Source: Azolla caroliniana
Lineage: Eukaryota > Plantae > Polypodiophyta
NCBI GenBank assembly: GCA_043228905.1
Contig: JBHGNT010000012.1
Location: forward strand, 4,340,001 to 4,404,000
Direction of reading: 5' to 3'
Length of the DNA stretch: 64,000 bases
The notes below the pieces were generated by a model that did no database searches, was not told the DNA's origin, and saw only the letters and a program-made list of their open reading frames with translations. This document shows positions 24,084 through 38,023 of the stretch, piece after piece; position 1 is the stretch's first letter; every line of letters starts with the position of its first letter. Made by a program: the position numbers and the translations under genes.

Positions 24084-26188
24084 CATTGGAGCAAAAGGGC
24101 TACAAATGCTATAACCCCTCAACTCGGAAGGTTCGTGTGAGTCGAGACATAGTGTTTGACAAGTCCGCATCCTGGTACGCACCAGAGACAACTACGACTA
24201 CGACTCCGCTTGACCCGGAATTCGCCGAACAAGAGATAGAAGATGAAGATCGCATCACGCGCATATTCGAAGAAAGTCCGATCACGACCTGACTGAGCAG
24301 ACCACAAGAGCCTTCGAGTGATCAAAGCACATCTCGACCAAGTGCGAAGTTCGACAAAGGGAAAGCCAAAATGATGGAGTATGAAGACGCTCATTTCGAT
24401 GGCAACGAATCAACTCACTCCCTCAATAGTGAGTTCGAAGGCCTTGACATCCGGACAAATGGAGTGAAGAAAGCCTTAGAATCCGCAAACGAGAAGCTAT
24501 GCCGATCCAGTTGTGAAAAGAACCCCGTAAGCCGCTTCGGCTACGATGAGTATATGGCGTACCATTATGCCTTTATGATGAAGGTCGCAACAGTACGGGA
24601 GCCGGAAACCTTTTCCAAAGCCGTAAAGGACTTGTGATGGATCGAAGGAATGAACGAGGAGATGCGTGCACTATGCAAGAATGACACATTGGATCTCGTT
24701 CCCCACTCACCGCACAGGAAGGCGATCGGATGTAGATGGATCTACAAGGTGAAGTATAATGCCGACGGCTTCGTCAACTGCTACAAAGCTTGACTCGTAG
24801 CGAAAGGATATGCACAAACACATGGTGTCGACTACGAAGAAACATTTGCCCCAGTGGCAATGATGACGACTGTGCGAACCGTAATTGCACTCGCAGCGGC
24901 TAAAGGGTGGCACCTCCATCAAATGGGTGTAAAGAACGCCTTTCTTCAAGGCGAATTAGAAGAGGCGGTATACATGTTACAACCACCCAGCTTTGAATCC
25001 AACATTCACCCGAAAGCCGTATGTCGATTCAAGAAGCCTCTCTATGGCCTCAAGCAAGCACTACGTGCTTGGCATTCGAAGATTACACAATATCTTCATC
25101 AAATCGGCTTCCGAATGTCGAAATCCGACAACTCCCTCTATGTACGAAACAAGTCTAAAAGCCGGATTGTCATCATCCTATACATGGATGATCTGGTTAT
25201 TGGAGGTGAGCATTTAGTCGACATCAACATGGTGAAGTCCCTCCTCTCCAACAAATTCGAGATGACGGACATGAAGGAGCTCCACTACTTCCTTGGCGTC
25301 GAGGTGATTCAGAATCCGGTCAACATTATGATCTCCCAACGACACTACATTCTCAACTTGCTATACAAGTTTGGGATGACTGAGTGCAAATCGATCGCTA
25401 TGCCTCTCGATCGAAACCTGAAACTAGATGCTGACTCCGGCACGAACGAGTGCGATCCAACTCAATATTGACAACTAATTGGGAGTCTCATCTATCTCAC
25501 GATCACACGACCCGACCTCAGGTATCCAGTCGGATCCCTTAGCCAATTCATGCAAACTCCGTGAGATATCCATTTCGATTGTGCTAAGCAAGTATTACGA
25601 TATGTGAGCGGAACAATGGATTACGACATTCTCTACAAATTGACCACACCAATACGACTTCAAGGGTATACGGATGTGGATTGGGCTAGCTACAAAGCCG
25701 ATCGCCGATCGACCTCCGGATTTGTCTTCTCCCTTGGCAGCGGAACGATTTCGTGGAGTAGCAAGAAGCAACCTACCGTCGCTCTTTAGAGTACGGAGGT
25801 GGAATAGAGGGGCGCACCTGTAGCTGCATGTGAAGCCGTATGGCTCAAGAGGATTTTGAAGGATCTGGGTGTTCCCATCAAGGATCTGACTCCCCTTTAA
25901 TGCGACAACATGAGCAATATTTATCTGGCTCGGAACCCGGTGTTCCACACACGCACGAAGCATATCGAAATGCACTATCACTTCATTCGGGAGCGTGTTC
26001 AAACCAGAGATGTTGACCTTCAACATATCAATACAAATCTTCAAATGGGCGACATCTTCACGAAGGCCCTAGGAGCCAACAAGCTTCGGCAATTCATGTC
26101 AGATCTTGGATTGACGATCCCTAACTTGCCAAGCTTGAGGGGGAGTACAAGTGAAAACCGGATACCGTCCGAACTGGGTATGAGGTGA
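24084..26188 (+). pseudogene. pol: Copia B integrase C-terminus, RT and RNase H (degenerate)
   Basis: QKGYKCYNP..VSRDIVFD; LYMDDL; RRSTSGFVF; HTRTKHIEMHYHF; LPSLRG. Confidence 0.92.
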
Positions 26189-26833
26189 AGCGGACAACGA
26201 AGATCGTCTGAACTAGATACCATTTGAAGCAGACATCAAGCAAAAGGAACCGACCTGAGTTGAGCTTGAGGGGGTGTGTTGAGAATCAAGCTCAACATAG
26301 TGCAACGTGTGAATACACCTTTGAGAATCTATGTGCACACAAAGGTCAAGAGTCATACCACTCTCTACACATTAAACTATGTGTCATAGAATCATATTCT
26401 ATGACACATAACTAATGAGTTCCATATTCCCAATGACTATGAGTCTTCACATTCCTCAAGGTTCTAGAGAGAGAGTGAAAGTTATAATGAGTTAATGAAG
26501 AGAGAGGGTGACCTTAGATAAAGCACCCTCCTCCTACTTTATACTAAGTCGGTTGTGACTCCTTGTAATGCTACATTTTCATTTATCATATTCTCCTTGT
26601 TAATATACATCTCCTTCTTCTTGAGTACTTCATTTTTTCTCTTATCCATCTTGTGTTTCTCTCGTCTTCTCTTTCCTCTCACATATACACATAACACACA
26701 TCTCTTCCGCTACACAAGAATCACCATTGATTCTTTACAGATAGATCCAATCAAGAATGAAAGCCCTCTAGAAGGAATCAAGCCGAATGAGTGGACGAAA
26801 CTTGATAGAATTGTCTGAGCCACCATTTAGATG

Positions 26834-27240
26834 TGACAAGAATATCACGGAATATAGCTCGGCCACAACCGAGTCTTGAACACTTCAATGAGAATCAAAC
26901 ACAAAAATGGGAATGAACTACAGAAACGGGAAGTAGAGAGTACACAGAATATTTACGTGGAAAACCCTAATGGGAAAAAACCACGGGAGCCCACAAACTC
27001 CAAACTATCACTATGTAAGAAAAGTACAAATAGAGACTTAGAGGCAACAACCTCGAGCTCTGTATCTTCGCCAGCCGATGATTACAACAGAGTATCGCTT
27101 GGTATCTCTCTCTCTCTTTATACAACAATTATCTCTACAACAATATGACAACCCTCTCACCTCTGTACCAAAGTGATTGCCTTAAGTCATATTTATACTT
27201 ATATGAACTTAGGGTTATTTACAAATATATGAACTTAGGG
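26834..27240 (-). mobile_element. Truncated Copia LTR (E-like group) inserted in Copia A gag
   Basis: Shares CCACAACCGAG, TTTACGTGGAAAACCC, AAAAACCACGG and CCTTAAGTC..ATTTATACT motifs with the Copia E LTR and the 63.6-kb LTR. Confidence 0.75.
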
Positions 27241-29059
27241 CCCCTCACTCCCGTTTATAGTAGTAAGGGGTAAGGCACATTACATAAAGAAGAGGTCAAC
27301 CCCCCCTTCTTTCAATGGGGGAATATTTGGCCTTGATCATAGGAGGAGAGATTGATGGAGCCTTAACTCCCTCTCCTCACACACACACTATGCCCACTAC
27401 TCACTACACCCGTACTTCATGTACTCTCCCTTTAGTCTTCATGTGCATGTGCACATAAGTGCACATCACATTTACACTTTATGAATCTTTGTAGTGCACT
27501 TTTAACACCTTACATTTACCCTTCCTATTTTACATTTGTTTCTTTTATAAATCTTCCAAGTGCATATGCAATGTTGCACATCCCCATTTTATCCATCCCA
27601 CTTGGTTTTCTCACCATGGCCGAAAATCCTCACAACATCCACCCCCACCAAACCGCACATCCACTGGTATGTGCCAAGAAAGGGAAATAGCTGAGATTTT
27701 CGGCAATGATGATTAACCAAGTTCCATCGCTTCCTCGTTGGCCTTGCCCGACTTCGTCTTCCATTTAGAGCATGCCCATCCTTCCCATACGAACCATCGT
27801 AGCCTCTCGATCCACCGTGTCCGCCACATGTCCCCGAACCATCGGCTCCATCCGATCCACCATATACGATGCTCGCACCTTCCTCCCTGGCCAGTCGTAG
27901 TAGACCTCCTGAACGATGTCGTCAATTCGATCGCTCTTCCTTTGTCCGCCGCGTGTGTCCTCCGATTGGACTCCCGACCACTCTGACCACATGTCGGATA
28001 CCATCCCTCACGCACCTAGTATGTTCCTCCTTCGGCCCGATCGTCTCCTTGTTCCAAGAACGTAGGCGTGCCCTCTCCCTCCATTCCACGCTTACCTTCC
28101 GTAGGCTCTACCCACACATAAATGTAGACCTCCGAATATGCGCTCCTTCTTAGGTCCTCATGTGACCACATTACGCGTTCCCCATTTCGCCCTTGCCCGT
28201 GGTGCTCTCTCATGGTAGGGTGTACCTCCATCCCAACATCCGTGTCGGGGATCCCCGCTTCAGTGTCCTCCATAGCTCTCGTTACCGCTTCATCTTGATG
28301 CACACCCTCTCGGCCCGCTCGGCCCCATCCATCCTTCGGGATGCCATGTTTGCTCTTCTCGGTGTGTAGCCCTTTGTTCTCCACGCATCTCCTCTGTTTC
28401 CCTAGACAGGACCCTCCGCTCATGCCGATCTCGCTCGGCTCGTTCCGTCAATCTCGGCACCTCGCCGTGCCGTCTTTCTTCCCGTACTTGCCTCTCAAAG
28501 GCTCGACCCAATCACTATCATCGGTCACTCGTTGCGGCTCCTCCAGGTGCATGCTTGTTTCTTGGCCCTCGAGCGGCTAGTAGTGTGCATGCTTCATTTT
28601 TCGCCCTTCACTCGCCGTAGTCCCTGTTAACTCTTTGGGCCGGACAATGGCCTAACACAGGGTGTCTACGGAAGACACTTCACCAAAGGGGTGTTACGGC
28701 AACAGGATTAGACTCAACGATTAATCTGACTTAATTAGGTTACTCAGCATGATCGTCTTTAATAATCACACGCGTAAGATATAACAATGAATGCAAAACA
28801 ACAATTAACACAGAGAGATAACAACATTAAGCTTTATTAATTAACCGTTGTTCATTACATTGTATCCGGGCCTCTAAATAGGTTTCCGGTCTGTATTACA
28901 AAACGGTACCATCCGCACCTGTTCGGGATCAGTCCGGATACGGAACGGCATACCGATTCCGGTCCGTCCGTCCACACTCATAACTTACTTACAACCATTC
29001 CTACCAATTAAATAACTCCCCGTTTCACACTTTGGACTCCTTTGCCGGCCGGTAACACA

Positions 29060-29076
29060 TGGCACGCCCGTGGGAC
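29060..29076 (+). promoter_or_regulatory. Reverse-oriented tRNA(Arg)-type PBS at the expected PPT position of Gypsy G
   Basis: TGGCACGCCCGTGGGAC, 2 nt from the LTR; no purine tract on the coding strand. Confidence 0.8.
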
Positions 29077-29111
29077 ACTACCTTGTATGTCGAATCCACA
29101 ACCGACCCTTG

Positions 29112-31848
29112 CTATTCTTCGTCCAAAATATCCAGAATGCTTTGTTCGAGAGTGTCCAATGGTTCATCTGGAATTGGTTGTTGTTGTTGTTGTGGTTGTT
29201 GTTGTTGTTGTTGTTGCTCTGTTGATGTCTGCTGCGACGGGTCCGTTGGTGGCTGCTGCGGCTGCTCCTCCGTTTGTTGCTCTGACACCAACGTCTTCGT
29301 CGTTGCTCCCTCTGTCGTAGTGGTCTCTGGTTGACTGGTTCCGGGCTGGCCCTCGGCCGGCGACAGTTCCTCATCACTAAGGTTAACCGTTGCCATTTCC
29401 CGTGCTTTTTCTTCCCGAACCCGGGACCGCTCGTAGCTTTCAAACTGGATTTGAGCGTCCAGCCTATCATCGTCTAGCTGAGCTACGAGTTGCCGGACCT
29501 GCGCCAGCTGTTCATCCGCATAACAATCATCTCCTTCCTTCCGCTGGTTTGCCACGTCTGCCCGTAGCAATTGGAGTTCCGCCGCATTTTGTGCCCACTT
29601 TGTCCACCATCTTACGGAGCTTTCGTCAATCAAGAGTTTTGTCTGATTCAGCCATGCCCGGAGGATGCACTGAATCCGGCCCGTTCCCAATTGCGATTTG
29701 ATTTCCGCCGCTTGCCGTTCCTCCTTCAGTTGCTTGATGATTTTGACGTTGTCTTCCACCTGCTCCTTGTAATGCGTCAATGCCTTTGATATGTGCTTTG
29801 TAATTTCTGCAATACCGTTGACGCTCTCTCCTTTTCTTCCTGTTTTTGCCTTTGGAGCTCCATCCGGACCTTCTCCGCCTCGTCCAACCGTCTTGTATTT
29901 TCCGCACGTTCGTCGGCGATTGCCGTCGCGGCCCGATCAACTTCCTGCTGGAGCTCGACCATCCATTCCTTAGGCTCCGTTTCCAGCCGTTTGTAGTCCC
30001 GGTGCAGGTGCTGAAAACCATCTATGTTTTGCTTGAGCCGTGCGTTGATCTGTCGACGGGCCCGGTCCTCGCGGTCCTTCTGCTGGCGGAGCTCTTTCTT
30101 TAGCCGTTCAATTTCCGTTTCCGCCGTCTTCCGCAGCTTGTCCTTTTCCTGCAGCACTTTGTCTTTTTCCTCCCTTAGCCGGTCGTACACTTGATGGCCT
30201 TTCCGGAGGCTCTCCTCTGCCTGGCGGAGGTTCTCAGCAGTCTTCTTTAATTCGGCTTCAGTCGCTGTCTTCAATTCCCATTCACGGCTCCTTAGCGCTT
30301 CTTGTGCGGCAAGTTCATCTCTCAATTCCGCAAGCTCCTGGGCTTGCGCCGCATCTCTTGCCTGAACGGTTTCTGTTGCCGGGGTCTTATTGGTATGTAC
30401 AGGTCGATCTGTTTCTTTATTCTGTACACTTACCGGAGTCACCGGTGATTGGATCTGTGTTGCTGTTAAGGCCATTTTGGCCATCTCTGCCGTGATTGAT
30501 CCAAGTCTTTTTCAAGGCATCGGATTCTGGACCGGGCCGTCTCTAGTTGTTCGGTTGTGACGAGCAACCGTTCGCTTTGCGCTCTTTCTTCCGCCTCAAT
30601 ATACCCCATTGCTCCGACAATCTGTTCGCCTATCCACCGGAGCCACAGGCTACCGGTGCATTGTTGTGCTTGCACGGAGGTTTGACAGATGGGCTTGCTT
30701 GTAGATGGGTGGTCCCGCCTGATTGCGCCGAGTTGCAATTCCGTTTCTGCCCGTGGACCACCCTGTTGTCCTGGTTCCCCTTGCGCTTCTTCTTGGTTGG
30801 CCGAGGGAGGCTGCATTGACCTTTCTGGCTCTAGCGGGATGGGACTTGCCGGTGTTGCCGGTGGTGCAGGGGCTTCTGATTCCGGTGCCGTGCGCACCGG
30901 TTCCGGTTCCTCCCTTGGTGTGGGAGTCTAAGTACGGGGAGCCGGTGTTCCCTCCGTCTGAGGGTCCGAACGTCCGGCTGCCTCAACGGTCCTTGCTGAC
31001 GACCGTCGCTGGAGGTGCTCCGTAGGCTCCTCCTCTATTTCCTCTTCCTGAGTTTCGGCATTGAGTTTTGCCGCCAAGGGGTCCGCTTCTCTATTCACCG
31101 GTCGGCGGAGTGTAACCTTTACGGGCCGTGCCGGTGGTTCCTCCTGCGCCTCCGTTGGCCGCTTTCGGCTGGCGCTCTCCTTTCCCGCCTGTTCTGCGTC
31201 CGCCGCCTTCCCCTTAGTGGCCTTAGAGGCCAACAACTGTTGTCTTTTGGAAGCCGTCTTTGGGGTGCCGTCCGCCACTCTTCCTCACTTCTTGGGCTGG
31301 ACGGGCTGGACGGGTGGCACAAGCAAGATGAGCCACTACATTACGGCATGCCATATCCTCCGTCCGTCTCAGCCTTCTTTGCCGTCTTTGCCTCTGACGA
31401 TCTCGATCGCCGCACACAAACCGTCTGCGATCAATACCGGCCAATCCACCTTGATCCCTTCATAGGTGGCGATGATCATCCCTGCCCGGTTTTGCGGCAT
31501 GACAGGGGGTCTAGGGTACACATGGCCGTATTCGTGGAGCACACGAGCAATCTCACGGAACAACATATCTCTGCCGCCCTATGTCCGGTAGCCCTTGCTG
31601 GCTAGGGAGTACTCACCAAAATACTTGATGAGTTGCTCCGAGGTCGGATTGTCAATCGTGAGTATGCCTCTCTCCGGAAGGCCTGTTAACGCTCGAATCG
31701 CCTCCGTCGTTATGACCTCTGTGTCGATTTCTTTGATCACCTTGTCGGCTTCTTTGTGTTGCGGTACCTCCATAATCATCAAGAAGCCCTCGAGCCCGTG
31801 TTGCTTTAGCCATGTCTTGGCGGCTTCCGATAGCGTTTGCGGGTCCAT
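29112..31848 (-). pseudogene. Gypsy G 3' extra ORF (~900 codons, frameshifted): N-terminal globular domain, P/E-rich linker, long coiled coil, poly-Q tail
   Basis: Consecutive minus-strand ORFs 31579-32070, 31369-31566, 30928-31278, 30466-30897, 29777-30484 and 29112-29780 with coherent composition. Confidence 0.8.
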
Positions 31849-32278
31849 GTCTGTGTCGAGGTAAGCTTGTGGTGGCGAGGTTGGCTGGTGATGAGAGTGA
31901 GAGTGAGAGTGAGAGAGTTCAGAAGGCGGGGGTTCTCTGTGTGTAGGTTCTCGTCTGATGATCTTGCAGTGCCTTGGTGCTTCTGTGCTCCTGGGTTCGC
32001 GAAAGTAGAGGGTTTCCATGCGCACTGGTTTTTCTCTGTGCATTCTGGCGCCTTTTTCGAGTGTGTGCACGTCGTGTACTAAAATAGCATTATGTCCTGT
32101 GGTGGCGCTTTAAATGCCCACTACGTACTTTTTCGCTCCTCGCTCTCTCGTCCATTCATACCTCGCTTTTGCATGATTACTTCGTTTTTTTTTATTTTTT
32201 TATTTTTACATTTTAACGTGGTGTGAGGTTAGTTGTCCGTTGGTCCTATTGGACCCTTACCGACCTCATTCTCCCCTG

Positions 32279-35200
32279 TTACCGGCTTGCCGTCTCTGTC
32301 GTCTTGGTGGTTGCCGTTTCCGCACTGGTGTCGGTCCTTTGCTCAAATGGGTTTTTGGGCATTGGTCCTCTATATGGCTTCAATCGGAATCCGTTGACCC
32401 ATTTGCCTAGCACTTCGCCGGCAAGTGTCCCTAATTGGTAGGACCCATTATACTCACGTGTCAGCCACTACGGTCCGGTCCATCTAAACCGTAGTTTACC
32501 CGGCATCTTGCCCATCCGGGTCTGAAATACTAACACCGGTTTGCCGATTGCGAACATTTTTTCGTTTCCTTTCCTGTGCCGGTCGACAAATGCTTTCCGT
32601 CGCCGTTGTTGCAATTCTAAATGCAGGATGCTTGCCAGTCATTGTTCCTCGAGTTCACACAGCGCTGTTAACCGTATTGCCTCCGACTCCTTCTCGTTCA
32701 GCCGTTCCCGTAGCTGGATCCGTAAGCTTGGTACTTGGAATTCCACCGGCATTACCGCCTCTAGTCCGAACGCTAACCGGAACGGTGTTGTTCGGATGCT
32801 CGTTTTATATGCCATCCGGTATGCCCAAAGCGTGCTATGTAGCTTGGTATCCCAATCCGTTCGGTTTTCGTTGAAGATCTTCCGGAGGATATTCTGGAGC
32901 GTTTTGTTCGTCGATTCCGCTAACCCGTTTGCTTGCGGATAGTATGGTGTGCTCCGTTTATGGACAACGGCATAGAATGTCGTCAGGCTTTCAACTACTT
33001 GACCGAGAAAGTGCCCCCTTTGGTCGCTTATTAATTCGATTGGGCATCCGTAACGGCACCAGATGTACTCGTATAAAAATTTCGCCGTTGACGCAGCGGT
33101 GTTGTCTCTTAAGGCTTTGGCCTCCACCCATTTCGTGCAGTAATCCGTCGCGACGATGACATACCGATTACCCATTCTCATTGCCAGTGGTTTGAATGGT
33201 CCAACAAAGTCCAGCCCCCACTTCTGGAATGGCTCGAGTGGTAGTACCGGCTGGTGTGGCATACGAGCCTGCTCCGTTGGCTGGCCCATTCACTGGCATA
33301 GGTCACATTCTTTTGTGTACCGTACCGCATCTCTTAATGTCGTTGGCCACCATAGGCCACTTTGCCATATTTTCCTGGCCGTCGCATCTCCGGCATAGTG
33401 ACCTCCGGCAACTCCGCAGTGGGCTTCCCTCAGTATCAGGTCCTTTCCATCGCTACGCACAGCCTGTCTCCATATGCCGTCCGCGCCCTTGTGGTAAAGT
33501 GTGTCTTGCAGTAAACAGAAATGTCGGCTTTGCACCGCCAGGCGTTTTCGTTCGTCCCGGTTCATCTCTTCCGGAGGCAGTCCTGTGCTCAGAAACTGGT
33601 GCATGTTTGTGAGCCACTTGTCTTCCTGTGCCACCGTCTCATCTACTGCCGTTTCCGTAGTGACTTGAAACAGCTCCGCATCCGGAAACTCATCCGCTAC
33701 TCCGTCACCCGTCTCTCCGGACTCTAATCGGCTTAAGTAATCCGCCACGGCATGCTGTATACCGGGTCGGTGGAATATTTCAAACTCGAATTCCTGTAAC
33801 AGTAAGGTCCACCGGGCCAACTTACCGGTACGTGACGCTTTGGACACCAGGTAAAGGAGTGCCGAATGATCTACATGGAAGGAAAACTTCCTTCCCAATA
33901 AATAATGCCGAAACTTTGTCACACTGTAGATCATCCCTAGAGCTTCCCGTTCCGTGGTAGAGTAGTTCCGTTCTTCTTGGGATAGCTTTCGGCTGGCATA
34001 GTACACTGGCCGGTACCACTTTGGCTCCGTAAGCTGCATTAGTACGCTTCCGATTGCGATGTCGGAGGCGTCCACGAACACATGAAATTCTTTACTCCAA
34101 TCCGGAGGCTACACTACCGGTGCTTGCGACAATAGTACTTTGAGGGCCCTATACGCCCTATCCTCGGTGTTGTTCCACTGGAATGGTGTCCGATGTACGG
34201 CGGCATGCAACGGTGTAGCCAGGTCGGCCAAGTATCGGAGCATCCGGCTGTGCCACCGGATCTGGCCTAAGAACCGGCTTAATGCCTTTGCCGTTGCCGG
34301 CACCGGTGCTTCTAATATGGCTTTCACTTTGTCCGGGTCGACTGCAATACCTTCCTGGCTCACAATATGTCCTAATAAAGTTCCACTGGACACGCCAAAT
34401 ACACACTTTGTCGGATTCAAGCTTAGCCGGTACGCTCTACACTTTTCTAGACAGAGACGAAGGTGTTGAAAATGGTCCTCCTCCCGGCTATAGACGGCGA
34501 AATCGTCAAGGAAAACCTGCATAAAAGTCGGGATATATTCACCAAAGATTTCCATGATGATTCGTTGAAATGTTGCCGGTGCCGTTTTGAGTCCGAACAT
34601 CATCACCACGGCCACAAACACCCCCCATTTGGTGACGAAAGCCGTTTTCTCTTGGTCGTCGGGGTGCATCCGGATCTGATTATACCCGCTGAATCCGTCT
34701 AGGAAGCTATAGACCTCATGGTCGGCGACGGCATCCAACACTCCATCTGTGAACGGAAGTGGAAATGCATCCGTTACCGTAGCTGCATTGAGTTTCCGGT
34801 AGTCCACACAAACTCGAATTTTTCCGTTCTTCTTCGGTACGACTACGATCGGGCTCAGCCATGTCGCTTTCTTTACCGGACGGATAAAGCCAACTCTTAG
34901 CAGTTTGTTGATTTCCTCCTTGACTTTGGCGGCATAATTGGGATTCATCCGGTACCGTCTTTGTACCACTGGTTTTGCGTCCTTGCTCAAGTGAACTTGA
35001 TGCTGGAATAACTGAAGGTCGAGTCCTCGCATGTCTTCGTATGACCAGGCGAACACATCGCGAAATTCCATGAGAAGTGTGATCATCGCCATTTTGTCTT
35101 CGGACTTCATCTCCTTGGCGATGTGCACCGGTTTTGCTTCGTCCATGGTCCCTAGGTTCACCTCTTCCAGTTGCGACGCTTTTACGCGTTGTGAAACGGC

Positions 35201-37977
35201 CATTTCCCGTTCCAACGCTTCCTGCGCTTGCCGTAACTCCCGGATTGCGTCTTTATTCGGTTCTGCTTCAGCCTCTTCCGGTTTCGGTAAGTATGGTGCT
35301 ACTGCTTCGGCAATGTCAATTTCAAAGAGGGGTATGATCTTCGGGTTTTCATGCAAGTACTGAACTTCTTCTTCGTCAGCTAACCCTTCTAGCATGTTGA
35401 TGCACTCTGCATACAATGGTGTACATTCCTTGCCAGTGCTCGTCCTTGGCTGTGTTGGTACCCGTACCTTGGCTTTTCCTCGCCGGAAGGTAATTATATT
35501 TTTCTTCCAATTCTGTTTGATATGTGCCGTTTTCAACCACGGCTGCCCCAGCAATAGCGGGTATGCGCCTTGTGCCTGTAATTGTAGCACTACGGCTGAG
35601 ATGTGAAATGTATGACCGCCCAGGGTGACTTCTAATTTCCGTATTGATCCTGTCGGCTGTACTGAGCTTGTATCGGCCATCCGTAACCAGAACGGACACG
35701 GCTCCCACTCGTGGATTCCCAGGGCATCACACGTCCGGAGGTTTATTACATTCAGCCCGGAGCCTCCGTCTATAACTGTGCCGGGGAGTTCTTTCCCTTT
35801 TACAATGGCAGTTATTACCGGACTGTTGGTGTCCACCACCATTGGTCCCTCCTCCGGATTCGAGAAGAGTACTGGTGCCGGTGATGATTCTCCTGTCGTC
35901 ATGGCCGTCTTTAGTCCTTCCGTGAATCTTGGCACGAGCTGTAGGAGTCTTCCTAGTGGCAGCGTAATCTGGCATTCTTGCAACGCCTGCCATATCTCGT
36001 TCTCGGAGTGACTGCCATCGGCAAGCCCTACGGTGTTCTCCTTTTGCCGTTGTAAGTCTATGACATTCTGCTCGTTTGCTTTCTTTACCCATTCCGTCGC
36101 TTGCTTCCGAATGGTCTCCTGCCTCTCCCATTCCTTGGCCATGCCCTTCGACCTTGTGGTCACCTGCTGCAGATCTGCCACCTCAGGGACTACCATATTT
36201 ACTGCCGGTCGTTTTTCATAGCTCTTCACCGGGCATTGATTACTATAATGGCCTTCCTGTCGGCAGTAGTAGTAGTAGGCTTTCTGGGTTTTGCTGGATT
36301 CGGCATTGTCTGTTGTACCCGAGGCCGGTCCTGTGGTAAGCGCGGGGTTTTGGGCCGGTTGGCTGCTTGAAGCTCCTTGTTCCGGATCCCATGGGTAGCC
36401 GCCTTTTTTGAAATGCCGTTTTTTGTTATAATTCTTCTTATTGCGGTACTCTTGACGAGGTTGCTCGTTATATCTACCGTATTCCTCCCGTTGCTGACGA
36501 TACCCGGGGGAGTGCTCCTGGTCGTAATGTTCGTATCGTCTATTGTAATCCCGGTACCGATCATATCTATCATGCCGGTCATAGTTATCCCGCCGATCAC
36601 CGTACCGAACATCATTCTCCCGTCGATCGCCATACCGGACATCCTGTGCCGGTCGGTCGTGGTCCATTCGCCGCCAGCGTTCCTCTTCTTCATCCCAGCT
36701 ACTACGTGGCTCTATTTGTCGGACGGGCGGTGCTTGCTGGTTCAATAGATTATACTTGCACCTATCCGTCGTATGGCTCTTGGATTGACAGATTACACAT
36801 TGTGTCCTCATAGTCCATTCTAGTGCCGAGTGTCCGGAATTCAAGCAGGTTGTGCACTGTATTGCTTGCCGAAACCGGAGGTCTTCATCGGACGGTAACG
36901 CCCGTTGGAGTGCTCCCAGTGTGAGCCAGGAGCTTGTCTTTTCCATCTCTCTCACCCGGTCAATGACCTGGTCGATGGTACTTGTGCGGAAGTCAATTAC
37001 CGTGCAAACCGTGCGTAGGGGTTCCCGGAGCGCATTTAGGAATATGGTCCGTTGAAACCAGATGACAAACTGGGGAATGCTCTCCCCTGCCTCCTGTCGG
37101 ATGGTATAAAATAAGCCCACCATTACGGTCTGGTCCACCTCCTTTTGGAAAAAATGCAAGAATTTAGCTTTTAAATCTGGAAAGGTGGTGATGGTAGACG
37201 GGTCCTGCGTTCGGCACCATCTTGCTGCTGGTCCCTCCAATGTGACGCCAAATTCTGCTATCTTAGGGCGTTCCTCTTCTTCCGGGGTCAATCGCTGGGA
37301 CACATGGTTGGCTTCCCATGTCTGTTCAAAGGCGTGCACATGAGCTTCCGCGTTCGGATCATCTCTATACTTGGAGTACTGGAACGGCATGTCGTCGTCC
37401 GGTATCGATGCACGGGCTGGGAGTGTTGGTGGTCGTTCCTGGATTTTCTCCGGCGTCGGTGGTCTTTTTCCTGATTTGTTTCCGGCGTCGGTGGTCTTTC
37501 TTCTTCTTTTGGTGACGGAGGCCTCTCCTCCTTGACTTCCGGTGTCGGAGGTCGCTCTTCGTCTATTGGTTCTAGAGGTTCCAGCCTTAGTAATTCTGGT
37601 TCCGGTGTCGGTAAGGTGTCTGATCCTTCGTCCTCCGGTCCGCCCGGGGTTTCGTTGCTGCTACAGTACGTGTGCACGCTGTATTCCCCTTTGGAATCCG
37701 ATTCATACGTTGAAAAGGCTTCTGCTTCGCCTTCTCCGTTTCCCAACACCTGGAGAAGGGATTCGGTTTCCGGGAGGCTGCTTAGGCTGCTGCCGTCGTC
37801 CGGGTGCGATGTTTGCTGCAACCAGAGGGAGTCCTCTGCTACTCTCCGGATTACGTTGGAAAACGAGCGATCCGCTCTAATTTCCTGTGCCGCTTGTTGG
37901 AAAGCCTCACGTCTCCTTTGCCTTTCAGCAAGGCGTCGAGTTCGATCTGTAACCAGGTTGTGCGTTGATCTAGTCAT
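32279..37977 (-). pseudogene. gag-pol: Gypsy G gag-pol (a few stops/frameshifts)
   Basis: VIDGGSGLN protease; CVDYRKLN, LDGFSGYNQI, VFLDDF RT; FVDAS..EREAL..VDH RNase H; WGLDFVGP, ISDQ, QANGLAE integrase; VNGFRLKPY C-terminal module. Confidence 0.94.
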
Positions 37978-38013
37978 CCATCCGTGCTGTCGTTCGTTGC
38001 AAAAACAGGAATC

Positions 38014-38023
38014 GTGGTCGCCA
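38014..38023 (-). promoter_or_regulatory. 5' PBS of Gypsy G (tRNA-Arg-like, TGGCGACCAC)
   Basis: 7 nt after the 5' LTR on minus and ~35 nt before the gag ATG. Confidence 0.7.

Larger units (their letters stand above)
3254..26739 (+). mobile_element. Copia B, Ty1/copia LTR retrotransposon (degenerate; host of C, D, solo LTR and E)
   Basis: 5' LTR 3254-~3610 (truncated), 3' LTR 26277-26739; TSD GATAG at 3249-3253 and 26740-26744; PPT GAGGGGG before the 3' LTR; gag-PR-INT-RT-RH order. Confidence 0.95.
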
